Of a stretch of DNA of 64,000 bases, positions 26,490-48,583 are shown in pieces. Source of the DNA: the human T2T-CHM13v2.0 reference genome, Homo sapiens. The stretch is from NCBI RefSeq assembly GCF_009914755.1, contig NC_060943.1. One strand, given 5' to 3'. The notes under the pieces were generated by a model. The model was given only the letters and a program-made list of their open reading frames with translations, was not told the DNA's origin and searched no databases. The position numbers and the translations under genes are program-made. The stretch's first letter is position 1. Each line of letters begins with the position of its first letter.

Positions 26490-26860
26490 TACAACTGTGT
26501 GTGTGTCATTCTGGGTGCATGCTTTTAGTGTCTACGTGTATGTATGTTTCAGCATGTTCATGTTGATACATGAATTTATGTGTGCACCAGGCTTTGTGGT
26601 GTGTATGTTTGTGCTTGATAATGGGTATCCATTCCAACTTATGTCTGCACATGCACATGTGTGTGTGTGCCTGACAGGGTGTGGCACTGTTTCTCAATGC
26701 TTGCCAATCTTTGTGTCTGTCTCTGCATACAGCATGTGTGCACACATGATTTAGGGGTGTCTACGATGTGTATTTCTGTGTAGAACAAGGTGAATGCTGC
26801 ATATTCATATTTGTGTGTATACATTCACAATTGGGTGACTACATATAAGTATGTGGATGT
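26490..26860. repeat. Degenerate TG/TGCA-rich low-complexity tract; copy ~58240-58605
   Basis: Dense tgtgtg/tgcatg/gtat motifs. Confidence 0.6.
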
Positions 26861-27416
26861 TTTTTTCTTTGTTTTTTTTTTTGAGACAGAGTCTTGCTCT
26901 GTCCCCACGCTGGGGGGCAGTGGCATGGTCTCGGCTGGAACCTCTGCCTCCCAGGTTTACACCATTCATCTGCCTCAGCCTGCTGAGTGGCTGGGGCTAC
27001 AGGTGCCTGCCACCATGCCCGGCTAATTTTTTGTATTTTTAGTAGAGATGGGGTTTCACCATGTTAGCCAGGATGGTCTCGATCTCCTGACCTCATGATC
27101 CGCCCGCCTCGGACTCCCAAAGTGCTGGGATTACAGGTGTGAGCCACCGTGCCCGGCCAGTACGTGGATGTTTTCATGTGTTCATTCTGGTGTGTGTGTG
27201 CAGACTTGTGGGCCATGTTGCATACACGTGAACATGTGATATTTTCCTGTGCTCATCTGTGTTTGGATTAAAACAGTCCTATCCCAGCTCCATTTATCTG
27301 CTTGAAAAAACCCCCAGAACTGCAGGAAGCTTTTTATGAGCATAATCTTAATTGAACTCCTGATTGCAAGACTGAGGTTAGCTTTATCATCTCCATTTTG
27401 CAAATGAGTTAGATAA

Positions 27417-27680
<264 letters not shown>

Positions 27681-28347
27681 TAGTAGACACGGGGTTCACC
27701 ATATTTGTCAGGCTGGTTTCAAACTCCTGACCTCAGGTGATCTGCCCACTTCGGCCTCCCAAAGTGCTGGGATTACAGGCATGAGCTACCACGCCTGGCT
27801 GTGAATGTAAGTTTCATGCTGTTAATCACCACTTTGGACTGCTAGGCCCCACCTGTTTTTCTTTATGAAACATTAGAAAAACTGCTTGTACTCCCTTGTA
27901 TTTCTTCAAATACTTCCGTGTAAACATGTAACAAAAGATTTCAAAATGTTAGAAAAAAAAAGTCTTTTAATAGGAGGGAGACTTGACCTTCTATAGTGTT
28001 TGCACTCTTTGGAACCTTAAGCAAAGACCTAGTTGGCCAGTATAGCCCTCATGCCATTGGCAATGAAGCAGTGGGGGAGTTGGGGTATTAGTGGTTGTGG
28101 TCAGAGAGTGAAATGTCTGTGTTTCACATTTCAGATTGATGACAAGGATTTGGGGGGTGGGGCTGTGGGAATGTTGGCTGAAAATAGAGTGAAGAAGGTC
28201 AAAGAAGAGAAGACAGTCAAGATTCTTTTTTTCTGAGTGTTTGGATAGCTCACATCCATGGCCATGAAGTTCCTCCCTACCAGGAAAATGGCAGGACTTA
28301 GAGTTCAGAGATGGGACATTTAGTAAATAGTGCTACAATAAACATGA

Positions 28348-30236
<1,889 letters not shown>

Positions 30237-31270
30237 TAACTCTGTTTTATACCAAAGGTCTCACTGGGCTCCAGTAACTACTTCCTCCATTTCCACTCTC
30301 AGGGATGGGGTGGCAATGGAGCCCCACTGTTATGGGCTTCCAGGATTTCCCTTAATGCTGCCCTCAACTTTGTAAATAGTCCTATCATTAAACTCTCAAT
30401 TATCCTGTTTGTGTATGACTTATCATTCCTGCTGGGATCCTAACCCACACAGCACTTCATTGTATGGATGAACCATTTATTTAGCCAGTTCTTTAATGAT
30501 GAACATTTAGGTCATTTCCAATCTTTCACTATTAAATAAAACTGCAGTAAATAAACTTGTACATAGGTGATTTTTCACATAGTCAAATACAACTACAGGA
30601 TAAATTATTATATATGGAGTTGCTGAATCAAATAATGCTGTTTAAAAATAATTTTGACTGATATTGTCAAATCATGTATAGAGGTGTACAGCCCCATTAG
30701 CAGAGGATAAGGATGGGGACTTTTCCTTTGGAGCAAGCCCAGAATCCTGAATGTTCCAACAGCTGAAGATGAGGACTGCTAAGAGAACTCAAGGTAAAGA
30801 ACATTAGATTTCTGGCAAATAGGTGTAGGTGGGTATCTTGAGTAATTCATTGAATAAATGAAGTGTGTAACTGTGTTTGTTCCCCATCTTGGAATTTTTA
30901 AAAATTATTGCTTTTAGATGGAGTCTCACTCTGTCACCCAGGCTGTAGTGCAGTGGTGAGATCTCGCCTCACTGCAACCTCCACCTCCCAAGTTCATGCA
31001 ATTCTTGAGCCTCAGCTTCTCCAGTAGGTGGGACTACAGACACACACCACCACACCTGGTTAATTTCTTTTGTATTTTTAGTAGAAACGGGGTTTTACCA
31101 TTTTGGCGAGGCTGGTCCCGAACTCCTGACCTCAAGTGATCTACCAGCCTTGGTCTCCCCAGGTGCTGGGATTATAGATGTGAGCCACCGTACCCAGAGG
31201 ATATTGTTGATTATAATTGTTACAGAAGTTTTCGAAGGTTTGTATTAGAAAATGTTAAGTCTCAGAGGAC

Positions 31271-31736
31271 TGTCTTAGTTCATTTTGTGTTGCTATAACA
31301 TAATACCAGAGACTAGGTAATTTACACAGAAAAGAGACTTATTTGGCTTATGATTCTGGTGACTGGAAAGTCCAGAGCATAATGCCAGTGTCTGCTTGGC
31401 TTCTGTGATGGCTTTCATGCTGTATCATAACATGGCATGAGGTCGAAGGGGAAGTAGACATTTGTGAAGGGTCAACACATGAGCGGTGTCCTCAATTTAT
31501 AACAGTCTGCCCTTGAAGGAATGAATCCATTCCCATGAGAACGAATCCTGTTTTGCAAAATGAGACCTCACTCACTACCTTGAGAAAGGCAACAAGCCAC
31601 CCACGAGGGTGGAGCTCATGTGACCTATGTGCCTCCCATCAGGCCTCACCTCTTAAAGGTTTCACCTCCCAGCATTACCGAACCGGGAATTCAGGGGTTC
31701 CAGCATGAATTTTGACAGGAACACTCAAACTATAGC
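31271..31736 (-). mobile_element. MST/MLT1A-type MaLR LTR
   Basis: tgtcttagttcattttgtgttgctataaca...actcaaactatagca signature. Confidence 0.7.
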
Positions 31737-32744
31737 AGAAACTATGACCCTACAGATAGTGATTGTAATATTTCAAGTCTTTGGTATAGAGACTGTAATT
31801 TCCAAGATTTCATGAATCTTTCTTTCATACATGGAAGGCTGGGTAAGTCAAAGATTTTCAAAGATTTTCAGCCTCCTCCCAAGAGACAGTACCCATGCAT
31901 GGTTAGGGTCTGAATGAGCAATTGTTATTCAATTGTTTGTTATGAAATATGACATGTGGCTTTTGGGTTTCTTGCTACTCTCTTATGCCTCCCCTCAGTC
32001 AGTGGGAAGCAGCCCAAACTGGAATTGAAGCTGTCAACACAAACCTGAAAATGTTCAGAACTTGATAACTATAGTATAATTATAAATCGCACAGGGCCCT
32101 GGTAGTTAAATCACTTCACACTTGACTTTATTTGCCTGTCTGTAGAATAAAGAGCAGGAAAGAGTCAAACAAGATATGGTTTGAGTCAGAGCACTGATAC
32201 TTTTTGTAGCTGTGTAACTGTGGGGAGGTCAGTCAATGCCTCTCAGAATGAATTTCCTCACCTGCAAAATAATAATAATAATGACAATAATAATAATGAT
32301 AGAAATGTACTACTTTGATGCACTGATGTATTACAGAAAGAAAAAAAGGCAAATTTTGTCTTTAAACTCTCAGTTTAAATCAGTAAACTAGATACCTTTT
32401 TTTTTTTTTTTTTGAGACAACATGTCCCTCTATTGCCCAGGCCAGAGTGCAATGGCATGATCATAACTCAATGCAGCCTTGATCTCCTGGGCTCAGGGGA
32501 TTCTCCTGTGTCAGCCTCCCCAGTAGCTGGGATTACAGGTGCACATCATCATGACCAGTTAATTTTTAAATTTTCTGTAGAGGCGAGATCTCACTATGTT
32601 GCTCAGGTTGGTCTTGAACTGCTGGCCTCAAGCAATCCTACTACCTTGGCCTCCCAAAGTGCTTGGATTACAGCTGCAAGTCACCGTGCCTGGCTGAACT
32701 AGAGTGCTTCTATCTAATCCTATAGGAATCCCTTATTTCTTATT

Positions 32745-34140
<1,396 letters not shown>

Positions 34141-34597
34141 GCCTCACCCACTAGATCTTCTATGAGTGCTCATCATCTCTCTTCATGAAGGTCATGAAGA
34201 GAGGTCTACATTAAGAACTTTTGGGCTTGGCCAATGGAAGGTTGAGAGAAGAGCAAGGTCAGATTATCGTGCCTGGCCATGTGATAACAGTGGTTGTATT
34301 CCTCTGCCAGAAACCATGTCCTCCTGCTGGAGGCTCTCTTTTACCCCTATACAGTCAGTCTCAGTTTCAGAAACTTGTCCCTCTCACTGCACCTTTCCAC
34401 CTAGGGATGATGATGGCTTATCCTTACTGTAAGCCATAGAGTGCTTCAACATCTTGTAGGTTTCCTTCACACTGCCCTCAACTTTGTAAAAAGTCCCTCC
34501 ATTGGCCAGGCACAGTGGTTCACACCTGTAATCCCAGCACTTTGGGAGGCCGAGGCGGGTGGATCACGAGGTCAGGAGATCGAGGCCATTCTTGCTA

Positions 34598-34780
<183 letters not shown>

Positions 34781-36914
34781 TCACAAAAAAAAAAAAAAGA
34801 AAGAAAAAAAAAGAAAAAAAACCCCTCTATTAAGCACTCATATTTTCCTGCTGGGATTCTGATGCACAAAGTCTATCAAATGAATGCATCATAATTTGTT
34901 TAACCAATATCTTGGTGCACATTTTGGTTTCCCGTTTTCCATTATGTAAACAGTTCTTTGATGAATCTAGATGATTTTGCACACTGTCATGTACATCGTA
35001 GGAGACATTACTAGAAGTGGAGTTAACTGAGTCCAAGAGTATGTTCTTTTGTAATTTAGACAAAAGCGTTCACATTACTCTCCTCTGAAGCTGTACCAAT
35101 TTACAGTTCCAAGAACCGTAACTGAGAGTAAGGATTGCTCTGGGAGGCTGAGGCAGGAGTGGATACCAGCCTGGGCCACATAGCGAGACACCACCTCTAC
35201 AAAAATATTTAAAATTTTTTCTACTACTAGGGTGTAGTACCCTAGTACTGCCTGTGGTCCCAGCTGCTTAGGAGGCTGAGGTGGGAGGATTGCCTGAGCC
35301 AGGGGGTCAAGGCTACAGTGAATTATGATTGCACCACTGCATTCCAGCCTGGGTGACAGAGCAAGACATTGTCTCAAAAAAAACAAAAAAACCCACCCCA
35401 AACAACCAACAAAACAAGAGGCCATGTTTTCACACCCAGTGATCTTAATAGCTCAAGTTTTGCTTTAGAGACTGTGGTTTTAACATCTGCTATAGTCCTG
35501 ATGCTGAAGAATCATGGAGTCAAAGGTTTCAGCCTCTTTCCAAGGGGGAGAGCACATGGACAATTACCATCTCATGCAGGCATTTGGTTTTATGGACTCA
35601 CATGCTTGTTACAAAACCAGACACAGCTTTAGGGCTTGTTATTACCTTCCCCCAACCCATCCTTGGTAGAAGACAGTCAACAAATGATATCTAAGCTGCC
35701 AACACATATTGGAAAATGTTTGAAACTTGAGATCTGTGGTTTATTATGAAACACGCAGTGCCCTGGAGTTTGAATTTCTTCCCGGTTGGTCTTAGTACCC
35801 TGTCTACAGATTGAGGGGAAAGGGCAGGAAGGGGAGTAAGTGTAGTTAAGAGCATAGCCTTGGCCAGGTGCGGTGTCTCACGCCTGTAATCCCAGCACAT
35901 TGGGAGGCCGAGGTTGGTGGATCGCTTGAGGTCACGAGTTCAAGACCAGCCTGGTCAACATGGTGAAACCCCCATCTCTACTAAAAATACAAAAGTTAGC
36001 CAGGTGTGGTGGTGGGTGCCTATAATCCCAGCTACTCAGGAGGTTGAGGCAGGAGAGTCACTTGAACCCGGGAGGCAGAGGTTTCAGTGAGCCGAGATTG
36101 TGCCACTGCATTCCAGCCTGGGTGACAGAGTGAGACTGTCTCAAAAAAAAAAAAAAAAAAAAAAGAGTCAAACAGATCTGACTACTACATCTGTGATCTG
36201 TGCTAGGTCCTTTCAGTGGTTGAACCTTAATGGTTGTGACTCTCTGTTTGCTCATATGTAAAATGTGGATGATCATAGAACCTTTATCACAGATTTGTGA
36301 AGACTGCATAGCACACTCCATGAAAAGTTCTCCTTAGCACAGCATCAGGCACAGGGAAGCTCAACGCCTTGAAGGTGCTGTTTTTATTTCTAGGTCCCTA
36401 AGATCTTCCTCGTCCTCCTTATGGCTCCCCCCTTTATTCTCCATATTTGTTCCTTCCTTGAAAGTCAAGGGTGCAGGAAGAAGATGATATCCTGGAGGCC
36501 AAGCCCACACAATTAGGACATGTAGTGGACATTTACCTGTTCTTAGATCCACTGCTGCTCTTCCTCTGCTTGTCTATCACAAGGGGCTGACACCTGCACA
36601 CTAATTCTGTCTTGAGGGAGACTGTGTAGGGGAACATGGCCATTTGAGTTCATTAGGAAAGGGTTTTGAGGTCAGGACATGGGTATTTGGTGTACATGGG
36701 AGTTTGGTGGCCTCTATTGTAGGAGGCTTTGGAAATGTGTATTGTTGGGAGGTCCTGAGGGAGGAAGTTTGGGATGAACATGGAGATTCTAGGCTGTGGA
36801 GGAAGATGTAACATGGCTATTGGAGGATTCTGGGACCTTACCTTGGTACCTTGGTAATGAGGACATCTTCAGCTTTATTTTTATGTATTTACTTTTTTTT
36901 GAGATGGAGTCTCA

Positions 36915-37155
<241 letters not shown>

Positions 37156-37809
37156 TCATTCTTTTCTCAGTAGCTGTTTTCTCCTCAGCTTTGTGGAGTC
37201 TTTCCCTCAGCCTGTGCAGCTCTGTATTCAGCCAATGATTTGAGGCCACTGTAAGCAGCTCTTTCCCTTTGGAGCTCTTTTTGTAAGCAAAAGCTCAGTT
37301 TCTTACGTAAGAAAACCCAATTCCCCTTGAGGAAGAGAAAGAGCTGGAGTCCTTTAAAATTAACTGCCTGTTTTTCTGTGGCTAGGGAGCCTTATCTCTC
37401 CCTTTGCCAGGCATTGTGAAGACTCTGTTTCTCTAGCTGTGCAGCTGCAAGGTCACTAGACAGATAATCTCAAGTCGTAAAATATGCCGTTCCTTGAAAA
37501 GTAAGAAATGATGTAATGCATGTCTCAACTGGATAAGTGTCTTTGTTTCTCGATTCTGTTTTATGCTTCCCCCTGCACAGATCTCCTCCTGCACCAGAAG
37601 TGCTTAAAAGGTAACTGGACTCTTTGTTTGGGGCTCAGTCATTTTGGATGTTGATCTGACTGGGCCGGTGCACCTAAATAATAATAAGAAATCCTCCTCA
37701 ACCCCTCAGTCTCTCTGATTCCTAAATTATCTCACTGCAAAGGCAAGATAATTGCTTGAGCCCAGGAGTCTGAGACCAACCTGGGCGACATAGTGAGATC
37801 CTGTCTCTA

Positions 37810-37911
<102 letters not shown>

Positions 37912-37914
37912 CTA

Positions 37915-38130
<216 letters not shown>

Positions 38131-38635
38131 TTAGCCAGGTGTGGTTGTGTGCACCTGTAGTCCCAGCTACTCGGGAGGCTGAGACAGGGGCCTAGGATTA
38201 AATAAGGAGTTTTGGCAAAACTAGGCTGGAACTCCAAAACCTGCTACGTAAGTACTCACGAGGGTTGCTAGTTATTAGTATTATTACTTTGTTGTTATTT
38301 TTAGGAGTGGAGCAGGTTGTATTTGTATCTTACATCACCGGCTCTGGTCAGATTTCAATTAATGTCACAGATAGGATTTAAACATTTCTTTTATTATTTT
38401 TAAGATTTTAGGCCAGGCACGGTGGCTCCCAGCACTTTGGGAGGCTGAGGGGGGTGGATCACCAGAGGTCAGGGGTTCGAGACCAGCCTGGCCAACATAG
38501 TGAAACTCCGTCTCTACTAAAAATACAAAAAAAATTAGCTGGGCATGGTGGCACGTGCCTGTAACCCCAGCTATTCGGGAGGCTGAGGCCAGGAGTTTGA
38601 GACTAGCCTGGGCAAATAGTGAGAACTTGTCTCTA

Positions 38636-38996
<361 letters not shown>

Positions 38997-39584
38997 CTAT
39001 AGTCAGCCACTCAGAAGACTGAGGTGGGAGGATCACTTGAGTCTAGGAGTTCAAGGCTGCAGGGAGCCGTGATCATACCACTGCACTCCAGCCTGGGCAA
39101 CACAGCAGACTCTGTCTCAATAAAAAAAAAAAAAAAAAGCGCAGAAGAATATTAGTTTATGGAGAGTATTATTTAATCTTTAGAAATTTTCTGTACAAAA
39201 CAAACAATGGAAAATAAGAAATGCATTACTCTATAATAAAATATAGCCTTTTCTCTCTCACATATATATGAATGGATAAAAACAGTCATAACTTCCTACA
39301 CATTTAATCCTCTATACTAGCTTCCATACCCATTTACCACTCCCTCAAAGACAAACATACCAAAAAGATGCTAAGTAAATGAACAAAATACTTGGTATTC
39401 TTAACTATCTAAAGTATTGTACTTAACAGGTATTTTCTTGGCTGACTGGTTCTCCATACCCAACAAACACAGTGATGTCAGCTCTCACCACTCACATTAA
39501 ACAATATAGCCATTGCTGTAAAGTACAAAAGAGAAATGCAGTACAAATTGAAAAGGAGGAAATAAAACTTTTATTCATCGTTGA

Positions 39585-40042
<458 letters not shown>

Positions 40043-41141
40043 TAAAAGTGAGAGTTGACCCTTTCCATAATCTGGAGTTGGGATGGGCATTAGTGGTTTG
40101 GAGAGGAAAGAGCAGGTGTGTTGTGGCTGGGAGGCGATTCCTTTCAGCACCTTGGGTGATGTCTGAGGCCATACCCACTTTCTGTGCTAGTTTTGGGATT
40201 ATGATGATTAACCCACACTCCCTTTGTTCCTCCCATGTAAGCTGGATTCTTGGGCATTCAACCAATATTAAACCCTTCCTCTGAAAAATTCCTGGATTGA
40301 CGAGACCACACTGGACCCATTTTCATTCCCTGTCGTGATCAATAGGTATCAAAAGAAATGATAGCTTCTCAGAATAGAAATTTGCAGCCACTGGGGAATG
40401 TAGTTCTTAATGTGAATACAGAAGAATCTCATTATAAAATTCTGTATGGCTCTGAATTTAAGATTTTGTTAATTTTTATTTTTTTTGAGACATGGTTTCT
40501 CTCTGTCACTCAGGCTGGAGTGCAGTGGCACAATCTCGGCTCACTGCAGCCTCTGCTTCCCAGGCTGAAGCGATCCTCCCACCTCATCCTCCCACCTCAT
40601 CCTCCTGAGTAGCTGGGACCATAGGCGCACACTTCCACGCCCGGCTAATTTTTTTGTGTTTCTGTATTTTGCCAAGTTGCCCAGCTAGTCTTGAACTTCT
40701 GAGCTCAAGCGATCTATCCACTTTGGCCTCTCAAAGTGTTGGGATTACAGGTGTGAGCCACTGTGCACGGCCAGGATTTAAGATTTTAGGGGATATTGAA
40801 AGCCTTTGATTATAATACCATTGAAAACACAAAATACTTAAAGATAAAATTAACAAAAGTTATGCAATAGTGTAACTACAAATCATTGATGAGAGAGATT
40901 AAATATCTAAATAAAGAGATATATCATGGCCACGAATTAGAAGACTTAATATTGTTAAGATGTCAGTTCTTCTGAAATTGATCAATAGATTATTTGTAAT
41001 CTCAATCAAAATTTCAGCAGGCTGTCTTTGTTTTGGTATAAGTTAATAACATGATTTTAAAATTCTAAGCTGTGGCTGGGCAAGGTATCTCACGCCTGTA
41101 ATCCCAGCACTTTGGGAGGCTGGGGCGGGCGGTTCACCTTA

Positions 41142-41372
<231 letters not shown>

Positions 41373-41918
41373 CTAAGATGTATATCTTTTACAACTACCA
41401 GTCAAAGTAATTATAAAAGAGTAACAAATTCAGAGGGCTCACCTTATTTTACCATAAAGTAGTGTAGGCATATACTGATCAATTAAATAGAAAAGAAGGT
41501 CTAGAAACAGACACTTATATGATCAATGGATTTTTGATTAAGATGCCAAAGCTATTCAATGGGAGAAAGGAAAGTCTTTTAATGAAAGTGTTGGAATAAC
41601 TGAATTTCCTTAAGGAAAAAATATGCTTTTGCTCTTATTTCACTCTATATTTAAAAATTAACTCATAATGACTCAGACTTAAAAGTAAAAGCTATAACTG
41701 AATTCTTCAAAAGAAAGCATAGGAGAAAATCTTTATGAACTTGGGGTAGACAAAGATTTTTAAAATGAAAAGATTGATCATAGTTCTTTATTTGGAAATT
41801 AAAATAAAAATGCCATAAGCAATAACACAAAAAATGGCATACCTAGCATTACATTTGGCTTACATTTAGTGTAAGATCTACACAGTAAAATCCGCTAAAC
41901 ATTGCTGTGTCATGTTGA

Positions 41919-42506
<588 letters not shown>

Positions 42507-43741
42507 TGACACATAGACACAATGTGTAATAATCGAATCAAAGAAATTCGGATATCCATAACTTCAGGCATTTATCATTTCTTTGTATTAGGCACATTCC
42601 AATTCCACTCTCAGTTATTTTGAAATATACTATAAATCATTGTTAACTACATTCACCCTATTGTGCTACCAAACACTAGATCTTATTCTTTCCATATAAC
42701 TGTATTTTTGTACCCATTAACCATCTCCTTTTTATCCTCCCTTCTCCACTACCCTTTTTAGCTTCTGCTAACCATCATTATACTCTCTACCTCCATGAGT
42801 TCAATTATTTTTGGCTCTCCCATAGGAGTGAGAACATGTGGCCTTTGTCTTCCTGTGCCTGGCTTGTTTCACTTAACGTAATGTCCTTCAGTTGCAACTG
42901 TGTTGTAAATGCAGGATCTCATTCATTTTTATGACTGAATAGTACTCCTTTTTGTGAATGTACCACATTTTCTTTATCCATTCATCTGTTGATGGACAGT
43001 CAGGTTATTTCCAAATCTTGGCTACTGTGAATAGTGCTGCAGTAAACATGGGAGTGTGGATATATCTTGGATATACTGATTTCTTTTCTTTGGATATATA
43101 CAGTGGGATTGCTGGATCATAGGGTCATTTTATTTTTAGTGTTTTGGGGAACCTCCAAACTGTTTTCCATAGTGGTTGTACTGATTTAGATTTCCACCAA
43201 GAGATATGTATGAGAGTTCCCTTTTCTCCACATTCTTGCCAGCATTTGTTATTGCCTGTCTTTTGGATAAAAACCATTTGAACTAGGGTGAGATGACATC
43301 TCATTGTAGTTTTGATTTGCATTTCTCTGATGATAATTATGTTGAGCACTGATATGGTTTGGATCTGTGTCCCCACCAAATCTCATGTTGAATTGTAGCT
43401 CCCAGTGTTGGAGGTGGGGTCTGCTGGAGGGTGGTTGGATTTCTCATGAATGGTTTCATACTGTCCTCTTGGTGCTGTTCTTGTGATAGTGAGTGAGTTC
43501 TCATGAGATTTGGTTATTTAAAAGCGTACAGCACCTCCCCGCTCACTCTCTCTTGCTCCTGCTTCCGCCATCTAAGATGCCTTACTCCCTCTTTGCTTTC
43601 TGCCATGATTGGCAGTTTCTTGAGGCCTCTCCAGAAGCAGAAGCTGCTATGCTTCCTATACAGCCTACAAAACTGTAAGCCAATTAAAACTCTTTTCTTT
43701 ATAAATTACCCAGTCTCAGGTATTTCTCTGTAGCAGCATGA

Positions 43742-44085
<344 letters not shown>

Positions 44086-45174
44086 TGAGAACGGATTAAT
44101 ACTAGCACCTTTTCATATACCTGTTTGCCATTTGTATGTCTTCTATTGAGAAATGTCTATTCAAATCTTTTACTCATTTTTAAATTGGATTATTAGATTT
44201 TTTTCCTATTGAGTTGTTTGAGCTCCTTATTTTTTTTGTCAATTATTCTTTGTCAGATGGAAAACTTGCAGATATTTATTTTCTCCCACTCTGTAGGTTG
44301 TCTCTTCACTTTGTTGATTGTTTCCTTTGCTGTGCAGAAGCGTTTTAACTTGATGTGATCCCATTTGTCTATTTCTGCTTTGGTTGCCTGTGCTTGTTGG
44401 GTATTACTCGAGAAATCTTTACCCAGTGCAATGTCCTGGAGAGCTTTCTCAGTGTTTTCTTTAGTAGTTTCATGTTTGAGGTCATAGATTTAAGTCTATG
44501 ATCCATTTTGATTTGATTTTTGCATATGTCAAAAAATAGGGGTCTAGTTTCATTCTTCTGCATATAGATGTCCAATTTTCTTGGCATCATTTATTGAAGG
44601 GACTATTATTTCCCCAATGTATGAATGTTCTTGGCACCTTTGTAGAAAATGAGTTCACTGTAGATGTATGAAGTTGTTTTTGGGCTCTTTATTATGTTCC
44701 ATCGGTCTACGTAACTTGTTATGCTAGTACCTTGTTGTTTTGGTTACTATAGCTCTATAATACGATTTGAAGTCAGATAATGGGATTCCTCCAATTTTGT
44801 TCTTTTTGCTTAGGATAGCTTTGGCTACTCTAGATCTTTTGTGGTTCTGTTTAAATTTTAGAATTGTTTTTTCTATTTCTGTGAAGAATGTCATTGGTAT
44901 TTTGATAGGAATTGCATTGAATCTGCAGATTGCTTTGAGTAGTATGAACATTTTGACAATATTGCTTCTTCTAATCCATGAACACAGAATATCTTTTCAA
45001 TTTTTGGTGTCCTCTTCAATTTCTTTTATCAGTGTTTTATAGTTTTCATTATAGAGATCCTTTACTTCTTTGGTTAATTCCTAGGTATTTCATTGTATTG
45101 CAGCTACTGTAAATGAGATCACTTTTGTTTTGAGATAAGGTCTTGCTCTGTCACGCAGAGCTGGAGTGCAGTGA

Positions 45175-45285
<111 letters not shown>

Positions 45286-46074
45286 TAAAATATTTGTAGT
45301 AGAGATGGGGTTTTGACATGTTGCCCAGGCTGGATTTTTAAAAATTTCTTTTTTAAATTGTTTGCTGTTGGCAGATAGAAATGCTAGTGATTTTTGTATG
45401 TTGATTTTGTATCCTGCAACTTTACTGAATTTGTTTATCAGTTCTAATAGTTTTTTTGTGGAGCCTTTAGGTTTTTCCAAATATAGGATCATATCATCTA
45501 CAAACAAGGATAATTTGACTTCTCCCTTTCCAATTTGGATGCGTTTTTTTTCCTTCTCTTGTCTAATTGCTCTAGCTAGGACTTCTGGTACTATGTCAAA
45601 TAACAGTGGTGAAAGTGGGCATCTTTGTCATGTTCCAGATCTTAGAGGAAGACTTTCAGTTATTCCCCATTCAATATGATATTAGCTGTGGGTCTGTCAT
45701 TCATGGCTTTTATTATGTTGAGATATCTTCCTGCTATACCTAGTTTTTTGAGGGCTTTTATTATGAATGGATGTTGAATTCCATCAAATGCTTTTTCAGC
45801 ATCAGTTGAGATGATCATATGGTTTTTCTTCTTCATTCTGTTGTTATGATGTATCACACTGATTGATCTGAGGTGCCACCTCAGTTGCAATAGAATAGAG
45901 CACCAGGTAGATTGCTAAGGCCCTGGCTCCTGGACAGCATCTCTATTCCTCCCTGGGGCCTGGAAGAACTCACCACCCCAAAGGGAAGAACAAAAACCTC
46001 CCTCCTCCCTAAACTCCTGGCAACTACTATCTTGTACTGTCTTCACAGTTTCATTTCTCCAGAATGTCATATAG

Positions 46075-46527
<453 letters not shown>

Positions 46528-48401
46528 TGAACATATCACAGTTCATTTATCCATTCACTTGTTGAAGAACATCTTGGTTGCTTACAAGATTTGGCAATTA
46601 TGAATAAAGCTGCTATAAACATCTGTGCAGAGGTTTTTGTGTGACTATATGTTTTCAACTCATTTGGGTTAATACCGAAGAGCATGATTGCTGTAGCACA
46701 TGGTAAGAATACGTTTAGCTTTGCAAGAAACCGCCAATTTGTCTTCCAAAGTAGCTGTGCCATTTTGCATTCCCACCATCAATGAATGACAGTTCCTGTT
46801 GAGCCACCTCCTTGTCAGCATTTGATGTTGTCAGCTTTGGATTTTAGCCATTCTAATAGGTGAGTAGTGGTACATCATTATTGTTTCAATTTGAAATGGC
46901 TACTGACATATGATATGGAGCATCTTTCCTTATGCTTATTTGCTATGTGTATATTTTCTTTGGTGAGGTGTCTGCTCAGATCGTTTGCCCATTCTTTAAT
47001 TGGGTTGTTTTCTACTGTTGAGTTTTAACAGTTCTTTGTGTATTTTGAATGTAAGTCCCTTATCAGGTATGTCCCCTGCAAATATGTTCTCCTAGTCTGT
47101 AGCTTATATTGTCATTCTCTTGACAATTCTTTTGCAGAGCAGAAGCTTTTAATTTTAATGACACAGAACTTATCAATTGCTTCTTTCAAGGATTGTGCTT
47201 TTGGTGTTGTATCTAATAAGTCATCACCAAACTTAAGGTCATCTAGATTTTCTCCTACGTTATCTTCTAGAAGTTTTGTACTCACTATTCATTTAGGTCT
47301 ACAATAAACTTGGAGTTAATTTTCGTGAAAGCCGTAAGGGAGCTTCTAAGGGGGACACACACTAACTTCTTTGAGAGTGGGCAGTGATTGTGAAACTCTC
47401 AGCTGGGTCTTACAACAGACCCCAGATCCATCAGGAGAGCCCAGCCTTCAGAACCCATAGTGGAATATGTTTCATGCATACACGGAGGAGAATATGCAGT
47501 CATATGCTCACATGCATGTCTGAACATGATCACACACATGAATATGGCTATGTCCTGATCCAGAGTTCTCTCATTCTCTGTAAGTGATTCTTTCCTTCAA
47601 CTTCTTCATTAAGGGATATATTGACAGAATGTCATTAAAATTAAAAACTTCTGCTCTGCAAAAAATTGTTAATGGACTGACTCTGTATGTCCATTCATGT
47701 CTCGTTGTGTCCCTGGACTGACTCTGAATGGGCTACAGTGGCCTTATCTGGTAGCAAGCACAGATTACACCCGGGTATTCAAAGCATGTTGAGTAGGTGA
47801 GAGTGTGGGCATGTGTGCAGTGAAGGCAGGACAGCCACCCGCCAGGTCTCTGGAAAACCCCCCAGGACAGGGATGTTCAGGCCATGTGATGCTATACTAA
47901 GCTGTTTTACGTGAGGAATGGGTGGTTTTTAAGAATGTGTCTAGAGGGCTATGGGCACAGATCTGTGTTCAAAGATTTTCTGGGCACTTATGTTTTGTGA
48001 GACATCAGATAGAGCCAACTTTCTAAGCCTCAGCTTTGTCACGTGTAAAATGGGCATGAACGCTTTTCCCCTTCGCAGAGGTTTGTGGCAATTAAGTGAG
48101 GTGAGCGTGCAATAGTTTTTGAACAAAGGTGACACGGGGGTACGTGCTCAGGAAATAAGAGCTGCTATTATTACTACTCTTCATAGCATAATGTAAGGTT
48201 TCCCTTCCTCTCATCCCACCACGGAAGCACCTTATCAAGGTGAACTGAGCCCCTTCTGTTTCTTCTCTTCCCTCTAGCCACCACGCCCCTTCCTTTCCCG
48301 CATCTTCCCCCCATTCTTATACCCGCCTCTTCCGCGAACCCCGCCCTGACCCCGCCTTTCCCTGGCCCCGCCCACCAGACCTGCACCGGCACAGCCCTCG
48401 C

Positions 48402-48583
48402 TCAGCGGGGCAGGAAGCTCATGGTGTAGTTTCGTGGGATCGTGGCAAAGCCCACGTGTTTGGGGGACACGTCAATGTCCTTAGGTGACTGGGAGGACTT
48501 GAGGCGGAAGTTCTGCATGACGGTGGTGAAGAAGAGAAAGAGCTCCATTCTGGCCAGGCCTTCTCCGAAACAGTTCCGCTTTC
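48402..48583 (-). CDS. CYP2A7: CYP2A7 exon 9 (coding part)
   Basis: 182 nt; identical to CYP2A6 exon 9 in this window. Confidence 0.95.
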